Source: a virus
Taxonomy: Duplodnaviria; Heunggongvirae; Uroviricota; Caudoviricetes
Direction: 5' to 3' (one strand)
Length of the DNA stretch: 39,242 bases
IMG/VR virus record: IMGVR_UViG_2734482547_000015
Shown here one piece after another: positions 1 to 7,945 of this stretch (its first letter is position 1; every line of letters begins with the position of its first letter). A program made the position numbers and the translations under genes. The notes under the pieces are model-generated. The model did no database searches, was not told the origin of the DNA, and saw only the letters and a program-made list of their open reading frames with translations.

Positions 1-345
<345 letters not shown>

Positions 346-387
346 TCGGCGCTTTTCTTTTGGGTTTTAGAATGAGTTTTTAAGCGC

Positions 388-1125
388 TCATTCACTCTCT
401 TTCAAACCAGTTTTAACTGTTTGGGGTTTTGGGTAAGGCTGGACTTTGAATAGCTTTATGTTGAGGCGTTTTCTGGCCCTCTTGTTCAGAAACCGGATGT
501 AACGAAACTGTCGGAACTTATGAACACTGGCTCTGTCGATATTAGCCCTCAGATGTTCACCTCGTTGTCCGCCTCGTTTAATGGCATTCCTGCAAATCTC
601 GTGATACCACTCGCCATCAAGTTCATAGAATGTTGATTCATGGCTGCCTACATAATCAAAATTGCTTGCCTGATACACGACACCAAGACAGCCACAACGC
701 TCATCTGCAAACGACTGAACCCACTGTACCTGCGGATAAAGCTGTCTGATAAGTTTGAGTGCGTAACTGATGGCCCTTGATTCGGAGTTTCTCGGCATAC
801 AGTCATGCAGCCATAACCGGTTAAGCTCCATATATTCGCGGTTCTGCGTACCGGTTACGACGCGCGCTCCACTGTTTGGATTAAGGGCATAACCCCATTG
901 CATTACGCCAACCAGCTCTCGTTCTGAAAATATACCCAGATGAAGGTAGGAGTTATTTACGAAACGGTGGCTGTAATGTTTATTGACGATGACCAGTCGG
1001 GCCAGCCAGCAACTTATTGTCTCAACCCGTAACTCACGGGAGCCATAACCGACGATATTGTCGTTATAGAGAATAAGTTCAGGCGTGCTGATGATACGGG
1101 ATGTAACTTGTTTTCTGTTCCCCAC
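388..1125 (-). CDS. mom: Mom-like DNA modification protein (245 aa), apparent GTG start preceded by AGGAA
   Basis: Size and position (last gene before prophage right end, overlapping upstream com by 47 nt) match Mu mom; first codon at 1125 reads GTG with Shine-Dalgarno AGGAA about 9 nt upstream. Confidence 0.7.
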   Translation of the reverse strand: MGNRKQVTSRIISTPELILYNDNIVGYGSRELRVETISCWLARLVIVNKHYSHRFVNNSYLHLGIFSERELVGVMQWGYALNPNSGARVVTGTQNREYMELNRLWLHDCMPRNSESRAISYALKLIRQLYPQVQWVQSFADERCGCLGVVYQASNFDYVGSHESTFYELDGEWYHEICRNAIKRGGQRGEHLRANIDRASVHKFRQFRYIRFLNKRARKRLNIKLFKVQPYPKPQTVKTGLKESE

Positions 1126-1279
1126 GACAGGATTTCCTTGTGTATGTGGGGTGCTCTGTGGCGCTCGGAGATGTGATTTGATTGAGGGTTTTACAGCGCG
1201 GACATTTTACTTCCAGATAACTGAAACTGGCCCGTGCCAGTAACTTGTTGCAGTGTCGGCACCGTATGTTTCGATACAT
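1079..1279 (-). CDS. com: Com-like zinc-finger translational activator of mom (66 aa)
   Basis: [10 protein letters not shown]...[11 protein letters not shown] resembles Mu Com (C4 zinc finger); AGGAGG upstream of ATG; 3' end overlaps mom start as in Mu. Confidence 0.8.
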   Translation of the reverse strand: MYRNIRCRHCNKLLARASFSYLEVKCPRCKTLNQITSPSATEHPTYTRKSCRGEQKTSYIPYHQHA

Positions 1280-1400
1280 GGCCGCATAACCTCCTGCTTT
1301 GTTGATGATATCTTTCTCGCCTAATCGATCGACAAAAACGATCGATTCGATGTGTTTAATTGATACAACAAATAGATTGAAAAGTCATCAACAATGATTC
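1280..1400 (-). promoter_or_regulatory. Putative mom-operon promoter/regulatory region with two closely spaced GATC (Dam) sites
   Basis: AATCGATCGACAAAAACGATCGATTCGAT at ~1323-1350 contains GATC at ~1327 and ~1340 embedded in short palindromes; the Mu mom promoter is Dam-methylation dependent (established knowledge). Confidence 0.45.
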
Positions 1401-1538
1401 AGGGAGGTGATTATTTACTAAAAGAAAACGAAGACTTAGGGTGTGAAAACGATCATAAAATGATCATTTTATTGACTTTTTATCCAGTGAAGGTAGGATC
1501 GCGCGCATATGTAGTATGTTTCAAATCAACAGGATACT

Positions 1539-1578
1539 ACATAAAAGGGAAACCCAGCATAGCTGGAACTATGCTGGG
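1539..1578 (-). terminator. Intrinsic terminator (10-bp perfect stem CCCAGCATAG/CTATGCTGGG, 6-nt loop, U-rich tail on minus strand)
   Basis: Hairpin at ~1553-1578; minus-strand downstream sequence TTTCCCTTTTATG; would terminate transcripts coming from the cargo genes before the mom promoter. Confidence 0.55.
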
Positions 1579-1685
1579 TCAATCTGTAAAAACTTGCATC
1601 AATGCTTTACTTCGAGCTCGTGGCGTATCCTATGATATTCCCCGGTCTCCTGTAAAGCAGAGATATATCTGTTCAGGCAGGAAAA

Positions 1686-1892
1686 ATGGATAAACTAACC
1701 ACAGACCCAAAGTTACAGGCTGCGCGAATTGCAGCTGATATTACAATTGCAGCAATGACATCCACCAGGGGTAACTTTACCTCTTTTCATACAGCAGGTG
1801 ATTCATCCGCTATGCAGTTATGGAACGCGTGCTTTTCTGATGTAATTCGTGCAATCAGCGAGTCAGTTGACCTTCGCGAACCGCAAAAATAG
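1686..1892 (+). CDS. Hypothetical small protein (68 aa) in AT-rich region; convergent with and overlapping 3' end of 1855..2055
   Basis: ATG preceded by CAGGCAGGAAAA (AGGA Shine-Dalgarno); no recognisable motif. Confidence 0.3.
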   Translation: MDKLTTDPKLQAARIAADITIAAMTSTRGNFTSFHTAGDSSAMQLWNACFSDVIRAISESVDLREPQK

Positions 1893-2055
1893 CGCATCTT
1901 GGGGTACACAGGATCTGCATAGCTATCCACATTGCGGTGGCGAAGTTTCGATCCTGTAATGTATCTTCATCAAGTCCTGAACGTAGCGCATTGATAATTT
2001 CCGCGCTTAATCTTTCTAGGCCTTTGGTATCAGGTTGCTTTTTATTCTTGTCCAT
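1855..2055 (-). CDS. Hypothetical small protein (66 aa, start at internal ATG of track ORF)
   Basis: ATG at 2055 preceded by AGAGGA ~9 nt upstream; MDKNKKQPDTKGLERLSAEIINAL...; no recognisable family. Confidence 0.5.
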   Translation of the reverse strand: MDKNKKQPDTKGLERLSAEIINALRSGLDEDTLQDRNFATAMWIAMQILCTPRCAIFAVREGQLTR

Positions 2056-2130
2056 GATTATTGTCCTCTGATTGGTATATAAAGCGCCCATGAAAATAAA
2101 ACCGACAGGAGAAACTGCCGGTTTGTATTG

Positions 2131-2385
2131 TTACATCATGGTGCTGTCAGTTCCGGGCTGAGCCGGGTCTGGTTGCTCTGGCTGCGCGTCGGTTTTCGGC
2201 TCATTATCAGCATCACTGGCCGCAACTGCTGGCCCAATAAGTTTTGCCAGCACTTCATCAACGTAAGTGTCGATTTGTGCCTCAAAATCCTTGCGGACCT
2301 GCGCTTTCAGCAACTTATTTACTTCACCGGAATACAGTGCCTGTTTTACCAGGTCTTCAGTGACGGTGCCTTTAATTTCTGGCAT
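2131..2385 (-). CDS. Hypothetical small protein (84 aa) with Pro/Glu/Asp/Gln-rich acidic C-terminal tail
   Basis: Near-perfect Shine-Dalgarno AAGGAGGA 6 nt upstream of ATG; C-terminus ...SDADNEPKTDAQPEQPDPAQPGTDSTMM. Confidence 0.65.
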   Translation of the reverse strand: MPEIKGTVTEDLVKQALYSGEVNKLLKAQVRKDFEAQIDTYVDEVLAKLIGPAVAASDADNEPKTDAQPEQPDPAQPGTDSTMM

Positions 2386-2420
2386 GTATATCCTCCTTAT
2401 GCGGGAATAAAGCCCTGCAA

Positions 2421-2603
2421 TCAGGGCTGGGTCGGGTCTTTTGGGAGCGGAGTTACCTGCGCTGTTTTACTGAGTTTTTCAGCTGCTGCGTCCTCAATTT
2501 TGCGGCGAACATAATTTCTGATGGCCTTATAACCACCACTCACCAGATATAACGCACATACTGCCGTGCAGAAATACAATAAAATAAGCTGTAAAAATGT
2601 CAT
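2421..2603 (-). CDS. Hypothetical small membrane protein (61 aa, single N-terminal TM helix)
   Basis: GGGAGGGA Shine-Dalgarno directly upstream of ATG at 2603; hydrophobic segment FLQLILLYFCTAVCALYLV followed by charged tail. Confidence 0.6.
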   Translation of the reverse strand: MTFLQLILLYFCTAVCALYLVSGGYKAIRNYVRRKIEDAAAEKLSKTAQVTPLPKDPTQP

Positions 2604-2699
2604 TATCCCTCCCAATTATTGACATGGTGTTGACACCGGTAATATCTGTTAGGTAAAAAGGTGCACTGCATTTTTTGCTTTGGATATAACGATCTTTTT

Positions 2700-2742
2700 G
2701 CCGCCGGTTTCTTGTTTTCCCTTACCGGCGGCATTTTTTTAT
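2700..2742 (+). terminator. Intrinsic terminator-like hairpin on plus strand (GCCGCCGGT ... ACCGGCGGC followed by ATTTTTTTAT)
   Basis: 9-bp GC-rich stem with ~15-nt loop followed by T-run on plus strand; on minus strand the hairpin is followed by A-rich sequence, so it is not a canonical terminator for the esterase gene. Confidence 0.45.
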
Positions 2743-2747
2743 CCTGC

Positions 2748-4802
2748 TTACGCGTTATTCACTTCCACCACGATACTGTCAATCAGTACCGGGTAAGTCG
2801 CATTTTTAGTGATATCGGTCACGCGCAACTTGTCTGCCGTAAACGTGCCGACCGGAGACTGCGACAGCATGAATGGTGTCCCGTCCTTACCATCAATGAC
2901 CGGCGTCACCTCAATACTGTTGTTACCGGCAAAACGGAAGCCCAGCGTATGCCATTCGTTATTAAATGCGCCGAATGACCCCAGCTTCGTGTTCTGCGCC
3001 GTGTTTCCTTTGTGATACATCACGTTAAGGTCTGTGGCATCGCTCTGTACGTAGAACGATGCCAGCAGGTTATGACCGGCATTTCCTTCCAGAGTAACCC
3101 CTTGCGGCAGGGCAGAAACCGGCCAGTACAGCGCCAGTGCGTACTGATTAGCCGTAAGCGCGCCATCGAGTTTAAAACGACAACTGACAAGACCACCTTT
3201 ACCCAGCAGGTCCGCACCATTACCAGCATCATGCTCAAGGTACCAGGGGGCTCTTCCTGTTTCCTTGGTCAGTTTCATTGCCTTACCCCCGCTGGCTCCG
3301 GCATCATCCACGATTTGAGCCTTGCCACCTCCGGCAGCCCAACCCTGTGGTGTCAACCGTCCTTCAGACTCAGATGCCCGGTAAGCAAATAGCGTACTCA
3401 TCGTCGTGGTGTCTGCGGGTGGCGTGGACGGTTTTGATGGTGTATCAGGTGACGGCTTCTCATCCGGTGGTGTCACGGTCTGCCCGCGCATCAGTTCAGC
3501 CGTGCGCCCTGCATGGAGCATAATAGCTGAGGCCAGACGGTCTGAAATGACGCCCCTGCGTGCCCATGAGCTGAAATGGCTGTCACGCTGTGTCGAAACA
3601 AAACTGCCCTGGGTTCGGGATGCTGCACCGTAATACCCGACAGCCACAATATCCGGGTCTTCCGCCGGAGCATTCGTTGGCGTGCTCTGTCCATTCTCAT
3701 CCGTCAGGAACGGTACAAAGAAAATTTTCTGTGCTTCCTTGCCTTTGTAGCCACCGTATACTGCCTCATATTTATCGGTGCCAGCGTTTTTCCAGTAATA
3801 CGTGGTATCACCGCAAATCCACGGCACCGTGGTGGCATTTCCACTCACGCACTGCGCAGCAAGCGGAGCCAGGTCAGTTCTGAACTGCTGAACCATGGCC
3901 GTGAATAAACTATTATGCTGCTGGCTTCCTGAGGCAAGGTCTGCCTCTCCCTGCATCCAGACCACAGCCAGAAGTTTGTTTTTCGGGTTTTTCGCCAGCG
4001 CGACTTTGGTGCGGCTTACCAGGTCCTGATACAGAGGTTTACCGGCCCCCCAGCGTGAAGAATCAGCGGAAGCACCGCTGGCCTCACTGAATGAGCCGTC
4101 GGCTCCAGTGGTGAATGCTGACCCGCCACGACAACAGGGCACCAGAAGTATCCCGGCATTCTGTGGGATATAGGGAAGCAGTTTTTTGGCAATATGCAAC
4201 CCCTGACCGACAGTCCCGTACTGGCCTTTTGCCAGATCAGCTTTCGGGTGGTTTATCCCGCTCATATCCTGAACATCATGCAGGCAGTGGTCTGCCGGAA
4301 TGATGTCGTTGTATGTACACGACGTACCGTTGGGCGTTACCGTACTGCGGCGTGCCAGTTGCTTAATGCGTGGGTCCGGGCGGTCAAACGAATCCGGTAA
4401 CGGCAGCCCCTCGCCGTAGGCCATGCCATTTGACTGACCCGCGAGAATGACAACAAAGTAATATTCCGGCTCTGAACTGCTGCCATTCGTGCTACCGGAA
4501 GGCCCGGCGTTATCCGGTGCATTCCAGTCGGAGGGCGTGAGCGTTCCGGCCACGTCAGATGTGATTGGAATGATGCCAGTCACGCCTGAACTGGTGATTT
4601 CTGCACTGGGATTACCGGATACCGGCATTACCCATAATGGCTCTTTCGTGCTGAAGCGGATCACGCAGTCTGCGAAAGTGATCCCCCCTTTATTACCCGA
4701 AGGGCGGAAAGGGCTTTCAATAAATGCCACCGTGCCACCGGCAACCTTGACTGAAAACTCTCCGGGCATGGCGGAGAGCATTTTCCACTTGGAGTCTGAC
4801 AT
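2748..4802 (-). CDS. SASA-family (sialate O-acetylesterase-like, SGNH-type) carbohydrate esterase domain protein, 684 aa, with N-terminal domain and C-terminal beta-sandwich-like region
   Basis: Central motifs YFVVILAGQSNGMAYGEG and VVWMQGEADL typical of the SASA esterase family; resembles prophage NanS-p-type esterases; sits at the position that holds only com-mom in Mu. Confidence 0.8.
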   Translation of the reverse strand: MSDSKWKMLSAMPGEFSVKVAGGTVAFIESPFRPSGNKGGITFADCVIRFSTKEPLWVMPVSGNPSAEITSSGVTGIIPITSDVAGTLTPSDWNAPDNAGPSGSTNGSSSEPEYYFVVILAGQSNGMAYGEGLPLPDSFDRPDPRIKQLARRSTVTPNGTSCTYNDIIPADHCLHDVQDMSGINHPKADLAKGQYGTVGQGLHIAKKLLPYIPQNAGILLVPCCRGGSAFTTGADGSFSEASGASADSSRWGAGKPLYQDLVSRTKVALAKNPKNKLLAVVWMQGEADLASGSQQHNSLFTAMVQQFRTDLAPLAAQCVSGNATTVPWICGDTTYYWKNAGTDKYEAVYGGYKGKEAQKIFFVPFLTDENGQSTPTNAPAEDPDIVAVGYYGAASRTQGSFVSTQRDSHFSSWARRGVISDRLASAIMLHAGRTAELMRGQTVTPPDEKPSPDTPSKPSTPPADTTTMSTLFAYRASESEGRLTPQGWAAGGGKAQIVDDAGASGGKAMKLTKETGRAPWYLEHDAGNGADLLGKGGLVSCRFKLDGALTANQYALALYWPVSALPQGVTLEGNAGHNLLASFYVQSDATDLNVMYHKGNTAQNTKLGSFGAFNNEWHTLGFRFAGNNSIEVTPVIDGKDGTPFMLSQSPVGTFTADKLRVTDITKNATYPVLIDSIVVEVNNA

Positions 4803-4887
4803 CGTCTTTTCTGCCTGTTTCTGAATTAAACAGAGTCAGAATAGCGACCGCTGAAAAATATGTGTTTTGCGGAAATTCAAAAAAGCG

Positions 4888-5460
4888 TCACGGTACTTTT
4901 GGTGACGGAGCTGGTGAGGCAGGAAAATAACGATAAAGAGTGGAAAGGCCAATATCAAATATCAGTGCGATTTGTTTACGGGACTCGCCATTAGCCAGCA
5001 AACGGGCGATTTGCTCCCGCTCTTTCTCTGTCAGTTTCTGAGGTCTGCCGCCATGACGCCCCTGAGCACGGGCAGCAGCAAGACCCGCGCGTGTACGTTC
5101 AATAATGAGTTCCCGCTCCATTTCCGCCAGCGCGCCCATTATATGGAAAAAGAAACGTCCCATGGGAGTGGATGTATCAATATTGTCCGTAATGCTGCGG
5201 AAGTTAACGCCGCGTTGCCGGAGTTCTTCTGTTAAAAGGACAAGGTGCTGCATACTGCGTCCAAGGCGATCCAGTTTCCAGACCAGCAGGGTATCCCCTG
5301 GCCGGAGTCGCTTTAATGCGCGTTTAAGTCCGGGACGCTCCCTTGTCTTACCGCTTATTCTGTCTTCGAAAAACAGCTCACATCCTGCACATTCCAGCGC
5401 ATTTCTTTGTAGCGCCGTATTCTGGTCATTTGTTGACACCCTGATATACCCAATCAGCAT
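4888..5460 (-). CDS. gin: Serine recombinase, Gin/Hin/Cin-family DNA invertase (190 aa)
   Basis: N-terminal catalytic region MLIGYIRVSTNDQ with resolvase-like fold and C-terminal HTH (GLSTLYRYF); immediately adjacent to the invertible segment; AAGGAAA Shine-Dalgarno and TATAAT upstream. Confidence 0.9.
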   Translation of the reverse strand: MLIGYIRVSTNDQNTALQRNALECAGCELFFEDRISGKTRERPGLKRALKRLRPGDTLLVWKLDRLGRSMQHLVLLTEELRQRGVNFRSITDNIDTSTPMGRFFFHIMGALAEMERELIIERTRAGLAAARAQGRHGGRPQKLTEKEREQIARLLANGESRKQIALIFDIGLSTLYRYFPASPAPSPKVP

Positions 5461-5537
5461 ACGATTTCCTTATTATAAAAAGCCGGAATTGTCGCATGAG
5501 GAATAAAACAGAGTTAATCCTGGCTTTCCTGAAAACC

Positions 5538-5607
5538 TCGGTTTACGGGAAACGGTAAACAGGGCGGCGAATGCTCTGCCATCGGACGGCACCGCCGTTG
5601 CCGCGAA
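5538..5607. repeat. Left inverted repeat (~70 bp) of the invertible tail-fibre segment
   Basis: Sequence GGTTTACGGGAAACGGTAAACAGGGCGGCGAATGCTCTGCCATCGGACGGCACCGCCGTTGCCGCGAA is the reverse complement of ~6787-6856 with one mismatch. Confidence 0.85.
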
Positions 5608-5899
5608 TAGACTCGCCACCCCAAGAAATATTAATGGGGTTCCCTTTGACGGGACGCAGGACATAAACATCACTTCTGGTATAACACAGCAGGATGCGGA
5701 TTCCCGATATATCCAGGATATCAGGCTGGGAGCAGAGAACAGGCAGGTAATGTACGGTGGGGCATATTACTCTGCGTACGGTAATGTTATGGCAGGCCTG
5801 CAGATTGACAGTAAAGTTGATGCTTCAAACGATTTTATAGCATTCAGACCCCTGCAAAAATTAGTCGGAGGTACATGGATTACGGTATCTCAGTTATAA
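5546..5899 (+). CDS. Silent alternative tail-fibre C-terminal cassette (S'v-like), in frame through the inverted repeat but without its own start codon
   Basis: Plus-strand translation [45 protein letters not shown]... shares the [24 protein letters not shown] junction with the expressed fibre (6504..7385) and then diverges; ends at TAA ~5897. Confidence 0.7.
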   Translation, partial: RETVNRAANALPSDGTAVAANRLATPRNINGVPFDGTQDINITSGITQQDADSRYIQDIRLGAENRQVMYGGAYYSAYGNVMAGLQIDSKVDASNDFIAFRPLQKLVGGTWITVSQL

Positions 5900-5950
5900 A
5901 TAGTCAGTAAATAATATATTTTAAAACAGATTTATTTCCAGGAGGATTTT

Positions 5951-6472
5951 ATGGAACTAAAAAATATAACCCGTTATTATCCTGAAAATATGCCATATGG
6001 TAATAATGTTCAGTATTTCCAGAGTGAAGATGGTAAGGATTTCTACGAATCCCTGCCATTATTCACCAAAAAATATAAACTTTGCATAACACCTGACAGC
6101 GGCGTTATCTGCTCAATATCACAGGACGCCTCGGCGCTGTATCCTGCGGGGTTTTCTGTGGTTGAGGTCGATGAACTCCCTGAAGGCACGGATATTTCAG
6201 GAAACTGGAAGTTTGATAATGGCATAATCTCCCGTATTCCGGTTAACTACGCAAGAAAACTGGAAGCAATGCGCCAGTCATATCTTAATCAGGCATATGA
6301 AAAAATTAATGACTGGAGAACGGAGCTACAACTGGGCACCATCAGCGATGAAGACAGAGCAGCACTTACCCAATGGATGGCATACATCAGTCAGGTGAAG
6401 AAAATGGAACTACCCGCCATTAAAACAGAAGCTGAATTTAACGCCATTAAATGGCCTGAGCAGCCACAGTAA
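5951..6472 (+). CDS. Tail fibre assembly protein (Tfa/U-like chaperone), 173 aa
   Basis: CAGGAGGA Shine-Dalgarno; position immediately downstream of the alternative fibre cassette; sequence resembles phage tail-fibre assembly chaperones. Confidence 0.75.
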   Translation: MELKNITRYYPENMPYGNNVQYFQSEDGKDFYESLPLFTKKYKLCITPDSGVICSISQDASALYPAGFSVVEVDELPEGTDISGNWKFDNGIISRIPVNYARKLEAMRQSYLNQAYEKINDWRTELQLGTISDEDRAALTQWMAYISQVKKMELPAIKTEAEFNAIKWPEQPQ

Positions 6473-6475
6473 TAA

Positions 6476-6500
6476 AGAAGGCCGGAAGGCCTTCTGAATA
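6476..6500. terminator. Hairpin between convergent tfa and fibre cassette (GAAGGCC GGAA GGCCTTC), possible bidirectional terminator
   Basis: 7-bp stem with tetraloop between the two convergent reading frames; U-rich on the minus-strand side. Confidence 0.4.
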
Positions 6501-6503
6501 TCA

Positions 6504-7385
6504 TTATATACTTGCAGCCGTCACCCATGCTCCATTTAACAGATACTGCAACGGCCGGTAATACACGCCGCCGACGTTATCTGCCGTATTCTTACCGACA
6601 TCCTGTACTTTAATTCCGGTAAGAACATTGCCGCCCCCCAGATTCAGATCCCAGCTTTCCCATGTTCCGGGCATATGTGCGGTCACCGACCCCAGTCTTA
6701 TGGCGGTTACTGTTCCTGATGAGATAGTGATATCCTGCGTCCCGTCAAAGGGAACACCATTAATTGTGTGGGCATTTGCCAGCCTGTTCGCGGCAACGGC
6801 GGTGCCGTCCGATGGCAGGGCATTCGCCGCCCTGTTTACCGTTTCCCGTAAACCGACGTTATCGATAAAAGCCCCTTTATCCGGAATGTCTGCGCCGTTC
6901 TGCTCCCTGCGCAGGTAACGGTTATCACCTTCGCTTTTGCTGTAAACATCCAGATTATTACGGGCGGTTCCCTTATTCTCCAGGTCGGCGAGATTCTGAT
7001 CCTTCGCCAGGGCATTAACGTCAGCGGGACCAAGACTGTTTTTTGTGGCAAGCGTCCCCAGACCAAGATAACCACGGGCCAGACGCTGGGCCTCCGCACC
7101 GGCATCAGCAATTTCTTTCAGGTTATTTTTCCGGGAAAAAGCATTCGCAGCGATAATGGCTTTAATGGACAGCGTAAGCTGGTTTAACTGCGCCTTATCC
7201 GGCTGAATACTGGCTTCAGCCAGAATATTCAGCAGTTCGGCCTGGAGAATATTCAGCCAGTCCTGACCAATCCAGCTGATACCTTTTTGTCCGTCACCTT
7301 CAGTAAACCAGGTGGTGGTATTACTCTGCGCCGGTGCCAGCGCAGGCATATTCGCCACGCCGGAATTATTATCAACATGAAACAT
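6504..7385 (-). CDS. Tail fibre protein (Mu S-like), constant N-terminal part fused to the currently expressed variable C-terminal cassette
   Basis: 293-aa ORF crossing the right inverted repeat; C-terminal ~95 aa lie inside the invertible segment. Confidence 0.85.
   Translation of the reverse strand: MFHVDNNSGVANMPALAPAQSNTTTWFTEGDGQKGISWIGQDWLNILQAELLNILAEASIQPDKAQLNQLTLSIKAIIAANAFSRKNNLKEIADAGAEAQRLARGYLGLGTLATKNSLGPADVNALAKDQNLADLENKGTARNNLDVYSKSEGDNRYLRREQNGADIPDKGAFIDNVGLRETVNRAANALPSDGTAVAANRLANAHTINGVPFDGTQDITISSGTVTAIRLGSVTAHMPGTWESWDLNLGGGNVLTGIKVQDVGKNTADNVGGVYYRPLQYLLNGAWVTAASI
6787..6856. repeat. Right inverted repeat (~70 bp) of the invertible segment, inside the tail-fibre gene
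   Basis: Reverse complement of ~5538-5607 with one mismatch. Confidence 0.85.
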
Positions 7386-7945
7386 TAAATAGTCTCCTCT
7401 TCATGGCTGTTTGCATACACGTAAATAAACGTCTGCCATGCAGGCTTATAACGGTTCAGAATACATTCCAGCGCACCGCCTTCATAAATACGCAGCGGCG
7501 TGAGAATATCATCCAGCACATTCATATTCCGGTAGCCGGTTTCACTGTTAATCGTGACAATACTGACCCACTGTGAATCCGGTGATGGCTGAATATCTAT
7601 TTCATAACCAAACTCTGCCGCAAACCGGATATAAAATTCACGGTTAAGAGAGGGTTTCATCCGGTATTTATTCCCGGCATAACGCTGACGCTCCTGAATG
7701 GTTGCGCCGGTCATATCACATTCCGGTAACCCCAGATAACGCTCCCAGTCTTCCAGCAGCAGACGGGATGAATCAGGAAAACGTTCTGCCAGCATCTGGT
7801 TACCGGTCCAGGAAACACGCTCCGTGGAATGACTGAGGCCCAGGCACAAAGCCGCAAGAACGGATGACGGCCGCTTATCCCATGCCAGCCCGTCAGGCAG
7901 CAACTGCAACAGGGCGCGCTGATGCGGGGTCAGGGTTACAGCCAT
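7385..7945 (-). CDS. Tail/baseplate protein (Mu gp48-like)
   Basis: 186-aa ORF in conserved position between baseplate J-like gene and tail fibre; overlaps upstream gene end. Confidence 0.7.
   Translation of the reverse strand: MAVTLTPHQRALLQLLPDGLAWDKRPSSVLAALCLGLSHSTERVSWTGNQMLAERFPDSSRLLLEDWERYLGLPECDMTGATIQERQRYAGNKYRMKPSLNREFYIRFAAEFGYEIDIQPSPDSQWVSIVTINSETGYRNMNVLDDILTPLRIYEGGALECILNRYKPAWQTFIYVYANSHEEETI

Larger units (their letters stand above)
5538..6856. other. Invertible DNA segment (Mu G-segment-like) carrying alternative tail-fibre C-terminal cassettes and one fibre-assembly gene
   Basis: Bounded by ~70-bp inverted repeats lying inside the tail-fibre reading frame; flanked by gin-type invertase. 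Confidence 0.85.

Noticed and set aside
1394-1693. 99-aa plus-strand ORF upstream of com
   Set aside because: No Shine-Dalgarno, contains the 10-bp perfect terminator hairpin inside its frame, and lies in the AT-rich mom promoter/terminator region; probably not coding.
1700-1790. 25-aa Cys-rich minus-strand micro-ORF (MKRGKVTPGGCHCCNCNISCNSRSL)
   Set aside because: No Shine-Dalgarno and too short to support without expression data.
2128-2514. 128-aa plus-strand ORF
   Set aside because: Antisense to the 84-aa gene that has a near-perfect Shine-Dalgarno; no translation signal of its own.
2661-4824. Multiple plus-strand ORFs (60-130 aa) inside the esterase gene
   Set aside because: All antisense to a long, motif-supported CDS; typical GC-rich antisense frames.
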